This document shows positions 47,743-57,761 of a DNA stretch of 64,000 nt, piece by piece. The stretch's first letter is position 1. Every line of letters begins with the position of its first letter. This DNA comes from an uncultured cyanobacterium (GTDB lineage: Bacteria; Cyanobacteriota; Cyanobacteriia; Cyanobacteriales; Cyanobacteriaceae), in the NCBI GenBank assembly GCA_963749915.1, contig CAVVOP010000008.1, forward strand, positions 544,001 to 608,000, given 5' to 3'. Position numbers and translations under genes: made by a program. Under the pieces are notes generated by a model. That model ran no database searches and was not told where the DNA came from. It saw nothing but the letters and a program-made list of their open reading frames with translations.

Positions 47743-49212
47743 TTATCTGCCGCCAACGGTTATAGAATCTACCTTGATATGAGGTTGGCCTACTGTTACA
47801 TAAACACTTCCACTAACTGAGCCACAAAAACCAGCCGCCAATCCCAAATCGTGGGATGACATGGATATTTTCGTCATGATTTCTTTGGCTGTGCCGATGA
47901 GGGTTGCACCTTTTAAGGGTCTAGTTATTTCACCGTTTTCTACGAGATAGGCTTCATCAACCCCAAAGTTAAACTCTCCTGTAGGTCCAACGCTTCCACC
48001 GCCCATTTTTTTACAGTAGATCCCTTTATCCACGGAGGCGAACACGTCATCTAGGCTATATTTACCCCCTGCAATGTAAGTATTACGCATACGAGAAGCG
48101 GCAGCAAAACTATAGCTTTGTCTTCTGCCACTTCCCGTGCGAGGATGCCCTGTACGCATAGATCCGGCCCTATCTGCTAAAAAGTTCTTTAAGATGCCAT
48201 TCTCGATTAAAAGAGTCCGTTGTGGGGGCATTCCTTCATCATCCATATCAATACTGCCAAAGGCATTTTTTGATAAGCCTTCATCCCATGCCGTCAGATT
48301 TTCATGGGCTATTTTTTCGCCTTTTTTATCGATAAATGGAGTACTTTTTCTTTCTATTTGGGTGGTTTCCAGTAAGTGTCCACAGGCTTCATGGAAGATG
48401 ACACCCCCGAATTGATTAGCCATGATCACAGGATATTGCCCTGATTCTACATAATCGGCATACAACATTTTTCCGGCAGATTCTGCCACTTCTTCGGCCA
48501 CGGTATCATAATTCCAGTGACGTAAAAAGTCGGGATTGCTGGTGTCACCGTCTCGTTTACCAATAGATGATCTATTTTCTCCATCTGCACATAAAAGGTT
48601 ATAACCAACGGATTGAGTTAAGCGAATGTCACGGGCAAAAATACCATCACTGGAGGCGACTAAAACTTCTTGCCAGTCGCGAAAATAGCTAGCACGTCGA
48701 GATTGTACATGACTGGCTTTTTGATTGAGTTTATGGTTAGCAGACAGTAAGATATCTCCCATTTCCTGCATATTACTACAGTTACTTAACCAACTATCTT
48801 TATTTTTGGCGATTCCATAATCTCGGAACATTTCGAGGTTGATTTCGGGGATAAATGAGCTTCCCTGAGGCAAAATTAGGCCTAAGATTGATAATGCTTT
48901 CTCTAGGGCTTGTTTTAATCCTGAAAACGTTAGATTATTGGTACTAACGTAACAATCTGTCTTCCCTCGAAAAACTCTTACTCCTGCACCGGTAGAAAGT
49001 CTGGGGGTGATACTCGTGATAATTTCATCTTCGGCCGAACAACTGATATAGTTGGCCTTTTCAAGAAAAAATTCAACAAAGTCCGCACCTGCCGCCCTTC
49101 CCATGCCTAATAAGGTGGATAGAGGTTTTTCCCATGTTAGGTCAAAGCGATCATTACTAGGATGATAGGATAAATTTGGTATTTCACGAGAAATTAATAA
49201 AGTTGGTGACAT
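47743..49212 (-). CDS. tldD: TldD metalloprotease
   Basis: [26 protein letters not shown]. Confidence 0.93.
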   Translation of the reverse strand: MSPTLLISREIPNLSYHPSNDRFDLTWEKPLSTLLGMGRAAGADFVEFFLEKANYISCSAEDEIITSITPRLSTGAGVRVFRGKTDCYVSTNNLTFSGLKQALEKALSILGLILPQGSSFIPEINLEMFRDYGIAKNKDSWLSNCSNMQEMGDILLSANHKLNQKASHVQSRRASYFRDWQEVLVASSDGIFARDIRLTQSVGYNLLCADGENRSSIGKRDGDTSNPDFLRHWNYDTVAEEVAESAGKMLYADYVESGQYPVIMANQFGGVIFHEACGHLLETTQIERKSTPFIDKKGEKIAHENLTAWDEGLSKNAFGSIDMDDEGMPPQRTLLIENGILKNFLADRAGSMRTGHPRTGSGRRQSYSFAAASRMRNTYIAGGKYSLDDVFASVDKGIYCKKMGGGSVGPTGEFNFGVDEAYLVENGEITRPLKGATLIGTAKEIMTKISMSSHDLGLAAGFCGSVSGSVYVTVGQPHIKVDSITVGGR

Positions 49213-49583
49213 AAATTATATTCTTTTTCTACGGCTAGTTATATATTCTACTATGGTAGTCTGATTCGGTTGATAGTTGCTGAGGGTTATAATTCATTCG
49301 TCTTCACTATGCACAATATCTAAGTCAAAATCATCATTTTAAACTGGATTTTATTACAGGTGCTTCCGTAATCAGTTAAAAATGGCGGTGGAGGAATTTA
49401 ATTTAAAACTAAAAAGTAGGTAAAAAATTGACAATTGACAATGGATAATTGTTGTTTCTGTCATTATTAGCGAGAAAATTATCTTCTTTACTAAAAATAC
49501 TCCATAGTTTTTTATTTCTAGCATTGAATGTATTTTATATACTGTGATTATTAGTTTCTTATTATTTCTTGTTAATTATTTAT

Positions 49584-52500
49584 ATGGTTTATATTAAGTG
49601 CATTGAATTGTCTCGTTTTAAGTCTTTTGGCGGTAATAATTCTATCCCCTTTTTACCAGGATTTACAGTTGTTTCTGGTCCTAATGGTTCAGGAAAATCA
49701 AATATTTTGGATGCTTTATTATTTTGTCTTGGTTTGGCTAGTTCTAAAGGAATGAGAGCAGAAAGATTACCAGATTTGATTAATAATAATCAAAAAAGCA
49801 ATACTAAGGCTTTAGAGACTATTGTTTCTGTTACTTTTGATTTAGGAAATTTAGGTAGCTTAAATAATAATTTATTAGAGGAAAACAATAATAGTAATAA
49901 TAAAGAAAATAAGTCAGAAAATAAATTTAGTTTAGAGTCATTGTCAGAGTTGAAAATTACTCGGCGTTTACGGGTCACAAAAGGGGGAAGTTATGCCTCA
50001 ACTTTTTATCTCAATGACAATCCTTGTACAGCCAGTGACTTACACGAGCAATTGAACCGTTTACGTATTTATCCCGAAGGTTACAATGTGGTTTTACAAG
50101 GTGATGTTACCCGTATTATCACCATGAATACCAAAGAAAGACGAGAAATTATTGATGAATTAGCTGGTGTTGCAGAATTTGATCGCAAAATTGAGCAAAC
50201 GAAGACGACTTTGGAGGCTGTTAAAGAAAGGGAAGAAAAATGTCACATTATTCAAGATGAGTTAATTGAAAATAGTGCTAAGTTAAAACAAGATTCAGAA
50301 AAAGCAGCTAAATATCAAAAATTAAAGGCACAAATTAACGAACAAAAACAGTGGGAAATAGTTATTAATTGGCAATTTTTACAGGAACAAAAAAAAGAGA
50401 TAAAAAAAGAGTTAATAGAGTTAGAAAATCAACAGAATAACAAGAGAAAAAATTTAGCAAAAATCGAGATAAAAATTATCACAGCTCAAGAAAGTTTAGT
50501 TAAATTCAATGAAGAAGTAAAAGCCTTAGGAGAAGAAGAACAAATTAAAGTTGCTTCAAGGTTAGCTAGTGATAAAGCAAAAAGGGAACAACTTTTAAAA
50601 CGAGAACAAGAACTGAGTAACTTAGATAAAGATTTACTATCCAAACAGGAAGAAATTGAGCAAAAAATGGCTAGTTATCAAAGACAGTTGGCCACTTTAT
50701 CGACAGAAATTTATCAAATCGAACATAACTTTATTCCCCAATTGGAAAAGGAAAAAACTGTCACTAAAAATGAGTTAGATGGTTATAAAAAAGAGGCTCA
50801 ACAAATCGCATCTAAATCTCAGGCATGGGTAGAAAAACAGACAGCATTAAACAAAAAAATTACTGCTATTCAACAAGAATTGAATCCACAATTAACTCAA
50901 CAGGCTTTATGGAAGGAAAGATACAGTAAGTTACAGTCAACTATTAAAAACGAAAATGGACAATTACAAAAGTTTGAACAAGATATTAAGACAAAAACTG
51001 GCGAATTACCGACTTTGAAACAAGAAATAGCCGAATCAGACACCAAAATTCAAGATTTAGCCGAAAAATTGGCAGAAATTGAGGCAGATATTTCCTTAAA
51101 TCAAGATACCGTTAATCGGTTACAGTTAGAACAGCGACATAAACAAAGACAGTTAGATAAGTTAGATGCTACAAGACAGGCACAACAAGAATTACAGGGA
51201 ACTTATGCCAGTAAAATTATCTTGAATTCTGACTTGCCTGGGGTGTGCGGATTGGTGGCACAGTTGGGAGAGGTGGATTCTGTTTATCAATTAGCATTAG
51301 AAATTTCAGCGGGGAGTCGTTTAGGATTTATCGTGGTGGAAGATGACACCATTGGGGCGATGGGTATTAAAATTCTCAAACAACAAAAGGCGGGAAGGGC
51401 AACTTTTTTACCGTTAAATAAGATACAATCCCCCCGTTTATATATTCCCAGAGAGATTTCTCAAGCAAGAGGTTTTATTGATTTAGCGGTGAATTTAGTT
51501 AAGTTTGAGCCTCAATATCAATCAGTTTTTGCTTATGTTTTCGGCAATACCGCCATTTTTGAAGACTTGGACTCCGCACGACGTTTGATGGGACAAGGAC
51601 GTATTGTTACTTTAGAGGGGGAATTGTTAGAAGCTAGTGGAGCTATGACTGGAGGTAGTATTTCTCAACGATCGAGCTTAAAATTTGGCACAGTATCATC
51701 GACGGAAAATAAGGAGTTTCTGGAGTTAAGTGGTCGCATTCGGGAAATTGAAGATATAATTATCCACCTTAGCCTGAAAATATCAGAAAAGAGGGACTTA
51801 GTCAAGGACTGGTCAGAAGCATTAAATCAAGAAAGACAAAAAAGACAGAAAAAACAATTACTTTTAGAACAATGTCAACAGGAAATGAGTCGTTTAGAAC
51901 AAGATAAGGAAAAAATTATTGTTACTAATGCTAATAACTATCGAGAGTTAGTTAAAGGAAAACAAGAGTTAAATAATCTTGAACAAAATTTACCTCTATT
52001 ACAGAATTTACTTACTGCAAAACAAGCAGAATTAAAAGAGTTAGAATCTAGTTATGATAATCAGGAATGGCAAAATTTACAACAGATTGTTAGTCAATGG
52101 GAGTTGTTATTAGAAGATAAACAATTAGCATTGAATAAACGTCAACAAGAGTTGCAAAGATTCGTGAGTAATTATCAGGATTTAGAGGAAAAAATTAGGG
52201 AAGGACAAGAAAATATAGTATCTTTATCTGGTCAACAAAATCAACTTACTCAAGAAAAAATTACTGGGCAAGAAGAGTTAATTTTAATGGAAGCAGAAAT
52301 TAAAAACTATGAAAATCTTTTCCAAGAATTAGCTAAAAAACTAGAGGAGATTAAACAAAGAAGAAATCAACAAGAAAGTCTCGTTAAACAATTAGAAAAT
52401 GAACGGCAACAATTCAAGTGGTCATTAGAAAAACTAGTTTTACAACATCAAGAATCCCAAACAAAACTCGATGAATTAACCTTACATATAGAAGAAGTTA

Positions 52501-53246
52501 GCCAGGAATTACCCAATCCTTTACCTGAGGTTCCTTGGTTAGTTAATAATAGTGAAACAGGAGAAATTAATCATAAAATTACCTTTGATAGTTTGCGGGA
52601 ACGACTGGAACAAATTAAGCAAGAAATTCGTAAAGGAGAAAAAAAAATGGAAGCTTTAGAACCTGTTAATATGTTAGCTTTAGAACAATATGAAAAAAAT
52701 CAGGAAAGATTAGAGGAATTATCACAAAAGCTGACAACTTTAGAAGGTGAAAGGACAGAATTATTATTAAGGGTTGAAAATTTTACTACCTTGAGACTAA
52801 GGTCTTTTAAAGAGGCTTTTAATGCCGTAAATGAGAACTTTAAAACTATTTTTGCAACTCTTTCTGAGGGTGATGGTTACTTAAAATTAGAAGACGAAAA
52901 TAACCCCTTTAATGGTGGCTTAACTCTTGTTGCTCATCCCAAAGGAAAACCAGTGCAAAGATTGAGTTCTATGTCAGGAGGAGAAAAATCTTTAACAGCT
53001 TTAAGTTTTATTTTTGCTTTACAAAGATACCGTCCTTCACCTTTTTATGCCTTCGATGAAGTTGATATGTTTTTAGATGGGGCAAATGTGGAAAAACTGT
53101 CAAAAATGATTCGTCAACAAGCTCAATCTGCTCAATTTATTGTGGTAAGTTTGAGAAGACCAATGATTGAGGCTTCACAGCGTACAATTGGGGTAACTCA
53201 AGCCAAAGGTGCTTATACTCAAGTATTGGGTATTAAATTGAGTTAA
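49584..53246 (+). CDS. smc: Chromosome segregation protein SMC
   Basis: FKSF, GPNGSGKSN, hinge GRATFLPLN, MSGGEKSL, FDEVD. Confidence 0.97.
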   Translation: MVYIKCIELSRFKSFGGNNSIPFLPGFTVVSGPNGSGKSNILDALLFCLGLASSKGMRAERLPDLINNNQKSNTKALETIVSVTFDLGNLGSLNNNLLEENNNSNNKENKSENKFSLESLSELKITRRLRVTKGGSYASTFYLNDNPCTASDLHEQLNRLRIYPEGYNVVLQGDVTRIITMNTKERREIIDELAGVAEFDRKIEQTKTTLEAVKEREEKCHIIQDELIENSAKLKQDSEKAAKYQKLKAQINEQKQWEIVINWQFLQEQKKEIKKELIELENQQNNKRKNLAKIEIKIITAQESLVKFNEEVKALGEEEQIKVASRLASDKAKREQLLKREQELSNLDKDLLSKQEEIEQKMASYQRQLATLSTEIYQIEHNFIPQLEKEKTVTKNELDGYKKEAQQIASKSQAWVEKQTALNKKITAIQQELNPQLTQQALWKERYSKLQSTIKNENGQLQKFEQDIKTKTGELPTLKQEIAESDTKIQDLAEKLAEIEADISLNQDTVNRLQLEQRHKQRQLDKLDATRQAQQELQGTYASKIILNSDLPGVCGLVAQLGEVDSVYQLALEISAGSRLGFIVVEDDTIGAMGIKILKQQKAGRATFLPLNKIQSPRLYIPREISQARGFIDLAVNLVKFEPQYQSVFAYVFGNTAIFEDLDSARRLMGQGRIVTLEGELLEASGAMTGGSISQRSSLKFGTVSSTENKEFLELSGRIREIEDIIIHLSLKISEKRDLVKDWSEALNQERQKRQKKQLLLEQCQQEMSRLEQDKEKIIVTNANNYRELVKGKQELNNLEQNLPLLQNLLTAKQAELKELESSYDNQEWQNLQQIVSQWELLLEDKQLALNKRQQELQRFVSNYQDLEEKIREGQENIVSLSGQQNQLTQEKITGQEELILMEAEIKNYENLFQELAKKLEEIKQRRNQQESLVKQLENERQQFKWSLEKLVLQHQESQTKLDELTLHIEEVSQELPNPLPEVPWLVNNSETGEINHKITFDSLRERLEQIKQEIRKGEKKMEALEPVNMLALEQYEKNQERLEELSQKLTTLEGERTELLLRVENFTTLRLRSFKEAFNAVNENFKTIFATLSEGDGYLKLEDENNPFNGGLTLVAHPKGKPVQRLSSMSGGEKSLTALSFIFALQRYRPSPFYAFDEVDMFLDGANVEKLSKMIRQQAQSAQFIVVSLRRPMIEASQRTIGVTQAKGAYTQVLGIKLS

Positions 53247-53402
53247 CAATTGACAATTAAGAATAAACCCCTGACAATGATTCAAATAAGATATTTTAAC
53301 ATTGGCTTAATAAGAATTAATCTCTTCTCTATGTTTATTCGCTATTCTCTTTCCTCACAAATAAAATTAGATGCATAACAGCTTATTTATGACTTAAAAT
53401 TT

Positions 53403-55139
53403 ATGGAGAAACTTAACTTAATTTTGAAGATGAAAAGATATACTAATTACTTATTTTTTATAGGAATTTTTTTCATATCTTTAGCTTTAGTGTTACGACA
53501 GATTAATGATAATATACCCATTTTTAGTCTGGTAATTGCTGGCGTTGGCATCGCTTTAATTATTAGTAGCATAACAATTTTTCTCTACACTAATAAGGGT
53601 TTTTTCGGTAAAAGAAGGGTGGAAGTCGTTACCAATTCAATTATCTCTACTTTTGCTTTATTATTAATTTTAGGTTTAGTTAATTTTCTAGCAATAAAAT
53701 ATTCTGTAAAAGTCGATTTAACAGAGAATAATCTTTACACTCTTTCTCCTCAATCTCAGCAATTAGTTACTAATTTAAGTCAGCCTTTAAGGGTATATAT
53801 TTTTGATTCTCCACCTAATGATTTCGATCGCAAATTACTTCAAGATTATGCTAGAAAAAGTGACCAATTTCAATATCAATTTGTCAATCCTCAAGTTGAT
53901 ATTAATTTAGCTCAAAAATTTCGAGTTACTCGTCTCGGGGATGTTTATTTAGAGTATGAAGATAAACAACAATTAGTGCAAACTTTATCTCCTGATAATC
54001 GCCTTTCGGAAATAAAATTAACAAACGCGATCGCCAAAATTCAACAAACAGCACAACCAATCATCTATATTTTACAGGGTCATGGCGAATCCGCGATGGA
54101 AAAAGGACAAATTAGTTTATCCCAAGCAGTAACAAGATTAAGGGATAAAGGTTATATTGTCTATCCTCTAACCCTTGCCACTTCTCCGTTAATTCCTCCC
54201 GATGCCAATGTGTTAATAATCAGTAACCCCGAAAAAGAATTATTGGAAGGAGAGATAAACATTATTCAAAAATATGTAGATAATGGCGGTAGTTTATTGG
54301 TAATGTACAACGCAGGAAGCACTGTAAATCTTGATCAAATAATGAGAGAATGGGGGATAAAATTTGATGATAGATTAGTGGTTGATGCCTCGGGTACGGG
54401 GGAAGTTTTCGGTCTAGGTCCTTCTATTACTATAATTGTTGATTATGGTGTCCATCCTATCACCCAAAATTTTGGTAATGGTATGAGTTTATTCCCTTGG
54501 GCAAGACCAATTATAACCGAAACAGTAGAGGATGTCACGGCAACAGCTTTATTCATTACCAATAGTCAGTCATGGGGGGAAAAAAATCCCGAAGGCGAAA
54601 ATGTAGAATTAGATCCTACAGTTGATTTACCCGGTCCTTTAAATATAGGGGTTGCATTGGCTAAGAAAAATCCATTGAAAGAGACTTCTAACAATCAAGA
54701 AGATAGTTTAAATAATAAAAATGAGCAAAATGTTAAAAATGAGCAAAAAACAGTATCAAAAGAAGAATCGAGTAAAAAATTAGATAGTGATTTACCTTTA
54801 CCACCCACTATAAAAATCCCTTCGGAGGAAAAAACCGATAGTCAAACAATATCAAAATCTCTACCTTCGGAAACAAGAATGGTAGTGATCGGTAATACTA
54901 ACTTTGCCACTGATGGCTGGTTTCAACAACAGCTAAACGGCGATTTATTCCTAAATACCGTGGGATGGTTAGCCCATGAAGAAGATTCCACTTTATCTAT
55001 TAGCCCAAAAGAGACAACTAATCGTAGAATTAACCTTAATACTTTTCAAGCTGGTTTAATTGGTTGGTTAGCTTTATTTATTATTCCGGGATTAGCGTTT
55101 ACTGCTTCTATAGTTACATGGTGGCAAAGAAGCCGATAA
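53403..55139 (+). CDS. GldG-family ABC transporter auxiliary protein
   Basis: DLTEN.LYTLSPQS, LQGHGE, NGDLFLN.V.WL and a C-terminal TM ending WWQR. Confidence 0.85.
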   Translation: MEKLNLILKMKRYTNYLFFIGIFFISLALVLRQINDNIPIFSLVIAGVGIALIISSITIFLYTNKGFFGKRRVEVVTNSIISTFALLLILGLVNFLAIKYSVKVDLTENNLYTLSPQSQQLVTNLSQPLRVYIFDSPPNDFDRKLLQDYARKSDQFQYQFVNPQVDINLAQKFRVTRLGDVYLEYEDKQQLVQTLSPDNRLSEIKLTNAIAKIQQTAQPIIYILQGHGESAMEKGQISLSQAVTRLRDKGYIVYPLTLATSPLIPPDANVLIISNPEKELLEGEINIIQKYVDNGGSLLVMYNAGSTVNLDQIMREWGIKFDDRLVVDASGTGEVFGLGPSITIIVDYGVHPITQNFGNGMSLFPWARPIITETVEDVTATALFITNSQSWGEKNPEGENVELDPTVDLPGPLNIGVALAKKNPLKETSNNQEDSLNNKNEQNVKNEQKTVSKEESSKKLDSDLPLPPTIKIPSEEKTDSQTISKSLPSETRMVVIGNTNFATDGWFQQQLNGDLFLNTVGWLAHEEDSTLSISPKETTNRRINLNTFQAGLIGWLALFIIPGLAFTASIVTWWQRSR

Positions 55140-55165
55140 TAACTAACAATTAACAACAACTTTTT

Positions 55166-55310
55166 TTACGATCTTTTCCCTTGGGTTTGCCGAAGATTGC
55201 CGATGGCACCCAAAATAATTCCGACTAAAATCAGACTCCCTCCCCAGTATTGAGCTACTGTCGGTACCTCTTGCAGAATTAGATAAGCAAAGGCGAAGGC
55301 GATCGCTACA
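55166..55310 (-). pseudogene. 3' fragment of an EamA/DMT transporter gene
   Basis: AIAFAFAYLILQEVPTVAQYWGGSLILVGIILG...*, a typical DMT C-terminus. Confidence 0.65.
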
Positions 55311-55331
55311 CTTATTATAATTACGCTACTG

Positions 55332-55816
55332 CTAAGAGTAAATCAGCTGATGAAATTTAAGTTTTTTCTCGAAAGCTTTCGCTGGCAATTGGCCATCGGC
55401 TTCACAGGCAAACTCTTGTGCCCCCAGTTCATCCAGCGCCTTCTGTTGCTTTTGCCTCTGTTGCTCGAGCTTTTTGTCCAGCTTTTTGAGGTCTGCTACC
55501 CGACGAGGTTGACTTTCAACTATAATCCACCGTTGAGGTACACCTCCATAAGTGGTGCAGACCCCACTGAAGCGATAGTCCTCAAGGGCATTGGTTGGAA
55601 AGGGGTCAAATTGTTGATTCGGTTGAGTTTGCATCAACCTAATCGCCTCACCTATGCTTGCTGGCACTCGGCTGATCCAAGGCAAATCTCCTAGAATCCC
55701 TAGGTGGTCGATATCTCTTACTTCTATGTTGTCCAAGTTCTTTGTTTGAGCCATTGTTCAATTACCAATATTTCTCTCAAAATAACTCTTTCCGAACACA
55801 ACCTGCCGAATGTAGG
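55332..55816 (-). mobile_element. IS1634-family remnant with a large internal deletion
   Basis: End-like cctacattcggcagg, N-terminal VRDIDHLGI joined directly to WISRVP...YGGVPQRWIIVES...FACEAD. Confidence 0.8.
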
Positions 55817-55900
55817 ATCGAGAGCGGCAAAAATCAATCCGGGGGCGATCGCACCAGATAAAATAGCGATGATTATCAAACTAATCCAATCCTTAGGATA
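55817..55900 (-). pseudogene. Internal fragment of an EamA/DMT transporter gene
   Basis: KDWISLIIIAILSGAIAPGLIFAALD, cut at the IS end. Confidence 0.6.
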
Positions 55901-55956
55901 ATTCATAAGCTAGTTTTACTAACTATTTGAACTGCTTTTCTGGAGTTTATTAATTG

Positions 55957-56955
55957 CTAATTGCTTGAAGAAGTTCCTAATTCAGAGATTTTTTCAAGGG
56001 TTTTACGTTTTTCTCTCTCTAAAGGTTTTTGTACTCCTTCTTCTGGTAGTTGATCGACCTTAGCTAAGGCTATATCAAAATTTTTCACGGCTTCTTGTAA
56101 CAATAGAAGATTATTTTCTTGTTGTCCTTTTTGTCTTAATATTTGTCCTTTTAAATAGTATAATTCAGGGTTTAAGGGTGTACTTTCGATGGCTTTATCA
56201 ACAAAAGTTAAAGCTAAATCATAGTCTTTTAAGTCCCGATAAGCAAGGGCAATTCCGCGATTAACGAGGTATTGGGGAGATGCATAAGTTTGTAAACTAT
56301 CGATGGCTTGTTGAGGACTAGAAAAAGGTAAATTTACCGCTAACATTAAGTTTAAATAACCCTTAATTAAGTTTAATTCTGGATCATTTTCATCAATTTT
56401 TGTAGCTTTATCAAAGTAATCAAACACTAATTGTAATTTACCTAAAGCTGCGATCGCACCTTTTTTCCGGTACTCATTAGCACCATCTAAAAAATTGCCA
56501 ACACCTAAATATAAATTACTACGAAGAGGATCTTGTTTAGCGATCTCCCCCGCAATTTTGAGAGTTTCGGTAGTATAGGTTTCCATGGCATCCCAATCTT
56601 GCTCAGTATAAGCCAAAGAAGCTCTTAAAGCCGGTAACATGGGATCATTCTGGGGAAAATTTTGGGCTTTGTTTAAAAATTCTTTAGCTTGAGGATAGTT
56701 GCCATCTTCAAATAAGGCTTTGAAAGCAGATTCTGTTTCAGGAGTGATATTACGAGAGTTAGTAATACGAAAAGGATCACCTGCGAAACTAGCGGTAGAA
56801 AAGAAAATAGCAGAGAGGATTGATAATAAAGCAGTAGAAGACAATTTTACCCAAGAAAAGGAGATTTTAGGGTTAAAATTAAGCTGACGTTGATCACCAT
56901 TACCTTTAAGGATGCAAGAATAAAAATTCATACTTATCAAAATTTTGAGCCACAA
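55957..56955 (-). CDS. TPR-repeat protein (Sll0314/Alr1548-like)
   Basis: A.DPFR, DPLRSNLYLGVG.FL.GA, DPELNLIKGY..LMLAVNLPF, NPEL.YLK.QIL. The true start is uncertain. Confidence 0.75.
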   Translation of the reverse strand: MWLKILISMNFYSCILKGNGDQRQLNFNPKISFSWVKLSSTALLSILSAIFFSTASFAGDPFRITNSRNITPETESAFKALFEDGNYPQAKEFLNKAQNFPQNDPMLPALRASLAYTEQDWDAMETYTTETLKIAGEIAKQDPLRSNLYLGVGNFLDGANEYRKKGAIAALGKLQLVFDYFDKATKIDENDPELNLIKGYLNLMLAVNLPFSSPQQAIDSLQTYASPQYLVNRGIALAYRDLKDYDLALTFVDKAIESTPLNPELYYLKGQILRQKGQQENNLLLLQEAVKNFDIALAKVDQLPEEGVQKPLEREKRKTLEKISELGTSSSN

Positions 56956-56993
56956 TCAAATTACTTCGTTTTCGATTTTAACTTAAACTTTTT

Positions 56994-57674
56994 ATGCTTT
57001 ACTTAAAAAACGTTACTTATCATCCGGCGGCAACTACCCACCCCATTATTGAAAATATTAATTTAGTCTTAGCACCCCAAAAACTAGGTTTAATTGTCGG
57101 GACAAGTGGTTCAGGAAAAACTACATTATTGGAAATTTTAGCCGGATTAGCCGAAAAAACCAGTGGCAAAATTTTGTGGGGTACAGAAGAACTAACATCA
57201 CAGGAATTACAACAATTAAGCGGTATAGTATTTCAATTTCCTGAGCGTCATTTTTGTGGTAACAATATCTTAGAAGAATTACGGTTAGGGCATCCGGAGT
57301 TAAGTGGGATTCGTGTCAAAGAGGCTTTAGCAGAGGTAGGCTTAGATCATCTTAGTTATGAAGCTGCACCCCGTGCCCTTAGTGGAGGACAACAACGACG
57401 ACTATCTTTAGCAGTACAATTAATTCGTCAGCCCAATCTTTTACTGTTAGATGAGCCAACGGCGGGGTTAGACTGGTTAATGAAAGAGCAATTAGTCAAT
57501 TTATTGTCAAGATTAAAACAACATTGGACATTATTAGTTGTTACCCATGATGCCAGTGATTTGGTGGATATTGCTGATAATTGTTGGCGCATTGAAGGGG
57601 GGAAACTAGAGGCTGTTAACCCCGATGTTTTTAACGTGAAACAGAAACAAAAACTATGCCTTGATAAGTGGTAA
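56994..57674 (+). CDS. ABC transporter ATP-binding protein (EcfA/CbiO-like)
   Basis: GTSGSGKTT, VFQFPE, LSGGQQRR, LLLDEPTAGLD. Confidence 0.9.
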   Translation: MLYLKNVTYHPAATTHPIIENINLVLAPQKLGLIVGTSGSGKTTLLEILAGLAEKTSGKILWGTEELTSQELQQLSGIVFQFPERHFCGNNILEELRLGHPELSGIRVKEALAEVGLDHLSYEAAPRALSGGQQRRLSLAVQLIRQPNLLLLDEPTAGLDWLMKEQLVNLLSRLKQHWTLLVVTHDASDLVDIADNCWRIEGGKLEAVNPDVFNVKQKQKLCLDKW

Positions 57675-57761
57675 ACTCAGATGTTGCCTCAGTGCAAAAA
57701 ACTAAATGGACAAAGTTTTTATTTTTAAAAACCAATTTTAATAATAAAAAAGACCCTCTAT

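Noticed and set aside
40280..53246. scpB and smc as a Wadjet/MksBEF-like defence system
   Set aside because: They are 9 kb apart, are canonical housekeeping SMC and ScpB, and have no JetA/JetD-like neighbours.
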